DNA of 63,108 nt, the filler included, from Rhabdomonas costata (Eukaryota), in assembly GCA_019059605.1 (NCBI GenBank). It is 52 parts of 52 records of this genome, joined end to end, with 100 filler letters (N's around TTAATTAATTAA, not from the genome) between each part and the next. Parts side by side here need not be neighbours in the genome. Positions count along the whole stretch, not along the records: positions 61,994 to 63,108 come from JAHMHO010027849.1; 51 more parts are not named here. One strand, given 5' to 3'. Of the stretch, positions 61,894-63,108 are shown one piece after another. The translations under genes were made by a program, and so were the position numbers. The notes under the pieces are model-generated. The model was not told where the DNA came from. It saw nothing but the letters and a program-made list of their open reading frames with translations, and searched no databases. Each line of letters opens with the position of its first letter. Position 1 is the first letter of the stretch.

Positions 61894-63108
61894 NNNNNNN
61901 NNNNNNNNNNNNNNNNNNNNNNNNNNNNNNNNNNNNNTTAATTAATTAANNNNNNNNNNNNNNNNNNNNNNNNNNNNNNNNNNNNNNNNNNNNGTTAATT
62001 ACGATTCAGCCCACCCACCTGGACTCCCGTGCATGAGCCCATTCACAGGACAGCTAGAGGGCCAAAACTTGAATCCTCTAGTTGGTCTCCAACCGTCGGA
62101 TGAATCGAGGTTACATTCCCTTTTGTCTGAAAGAATCTACAACCCATCTGGAAAAGTTATCCTTTCGCAGCCCCGCCTATGGCGGTTGGTGGGGAAATGT
62201 TTGCTGGGATCCTGGGATACACTTGTTCCAGTGCAGCTTGAAGTCGACTTGCCCTGCGAAATCACATCCCTCAAAAGGTGTTGGCTAGCATTGCGTGGGT
62301 TTAGGGGCATGAACGTTACCTCCCCCTCCCTCTCTGACAGAGCGTCCCACCTGTGGAAGCTTCAGCTGTCCTGCGGCGTACTTTACGAAGGGCTCTGGCA
62401 CGGTGTGCTCCTCGTTGAACTGCAGCCAAGCGGACTGCTGCACGGGTGTGGCCCTCCTCCCCTCCCCCCAAAATGCCCCTATTGAGCATGGGTGCACTTA
62501 AACATCGTTAATAATAATCATCGTGCAAAGAAAAGGGATCATTTTTCCTGCGGTATTCATCGTGCCTGAAATTTTATGGTGGTCACGCCAGAAAATTTAT
62601 GGTAGTCCGCGAAAACTAGAAATCGGAACACGGGTCTTGCGTCGCGCACGTGTTGTCTTCATGTGTCCTTGTCCGGGCTGTCATCAATGTTCCTACAATG
62701 CAGCACCGCACTCCCAACATTCGCGTGTGCAACACCCACCGCTACACTAGCCATGCCACCTCCACTTTCCAGCACGAATTAGGGGTTTGCCAGCTTGAAA
62801 GTTCCACCACGCCAATCTCCATACCATAGGGCATAGTCCATGTCAAATCAGTGTGGTCCTCTTCCGCCTCCACCTCCCTAGCTTATGCGGGTAGGTGCAT
62901 TCACACACAGTTTGCTAATAACATCACGCAAGCAAGAAAAGGATCCTACGGTTTTCGTTGTGCCGGAAATTTTTATGCCGGTCTTGTGCGCCAGAAAGTC
63001 GGAATGCTCAGCTTGTTCCATGCATTTGATGTCGTTCGTGCGGTACTGCCCGCGCTGTCATAAATATTTCCACAATGCTACCCCCCACCCCCCCAAACAC
63101 ACCCACAA

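Larger units (their letters stand above)
1..63108. other. Concatenation of 52 short contigs (~1108-1120 bp each) separated by artificial N44-TTAATTAATTAA-N44 spacers
   Basis: The identical 100-nt spacer recurs about every 1216 nt (e.g. 1117-1216, 2333-2432). TTAATTAATTAA gives stops in all six frames. Neighbouring contigs are unrelated, so adjacency across spacers has no biological meaning. Confidence 0.99.

Noticed and set aside
84-63063. Most ORFs in the supplied six-frame track
   Set aside because: They are shadow or chance ORFs in GC-rich, intron-containing DNA, and many run into the N spacers.
1-63108. tRNA, rRNA and spliced-leader RNA genes
   Set aside because: GGTTCGA-like and TTTCTG-like seeds were checked by eye and none extended into a cloverleaf or a known SL sequence. 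A covariance-model scan would be needed to exclude them fully.

Overview
This window is not a continuous locus. It is 52 unrelated contigs of about 1.1 kb, joined by an artificial 100-nt spacer (44 N + TTAATTAATTAA + 44 N). Most contig ends carry G/T-only (left) or A/C-only (right) tails, and four contigs fold back on themselves at an end, which points to a whole-genome-amplified, probably single-cell, assembly. Most contigs look like an intron-rich, repeat-rich protist nuclear genome, with GC-rich exons, GT-AG and GC-AG introns, and GTGTG/GTCTG/GTGC-type donors. A euglenozoan (euglenid-like) host is my inference and is not proven. Recognisable gene fragments are WASH1 (WH2 and central region), a METTL13/EEF1AKMT4-type methyltransferase, trehalase, a USP domain, MYBBP1A/Pol5, EGF and Cys-rich repeat proteins, METTL18, a RETSAT/CrtI-family oxidoreductase, riboflavin synthase, an LRR protein, a class III nucleotide cyclase and an ABCB transporter. 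Mobile elements include CRE-clade non-LTR, Ty3/gypsy and probable Penelope-like retroelement remnants. Two things stand out. (1) A gene not assembled by the ORF track (6245-7162, minus strand) has four 90-nt symmetric exons, each encoding one 30-aa repeat resembling the Tau/MAP2/MAP4 microtubule-binding repeat. (2) An intronless contig of roughly 25% GC encodes a divergent B12-dependent monomeric class II ribonucleotide reductase and appears foreign to the host (virus, phage or symbiont). All homology calls come from motif recognition by eye, not from database searches.
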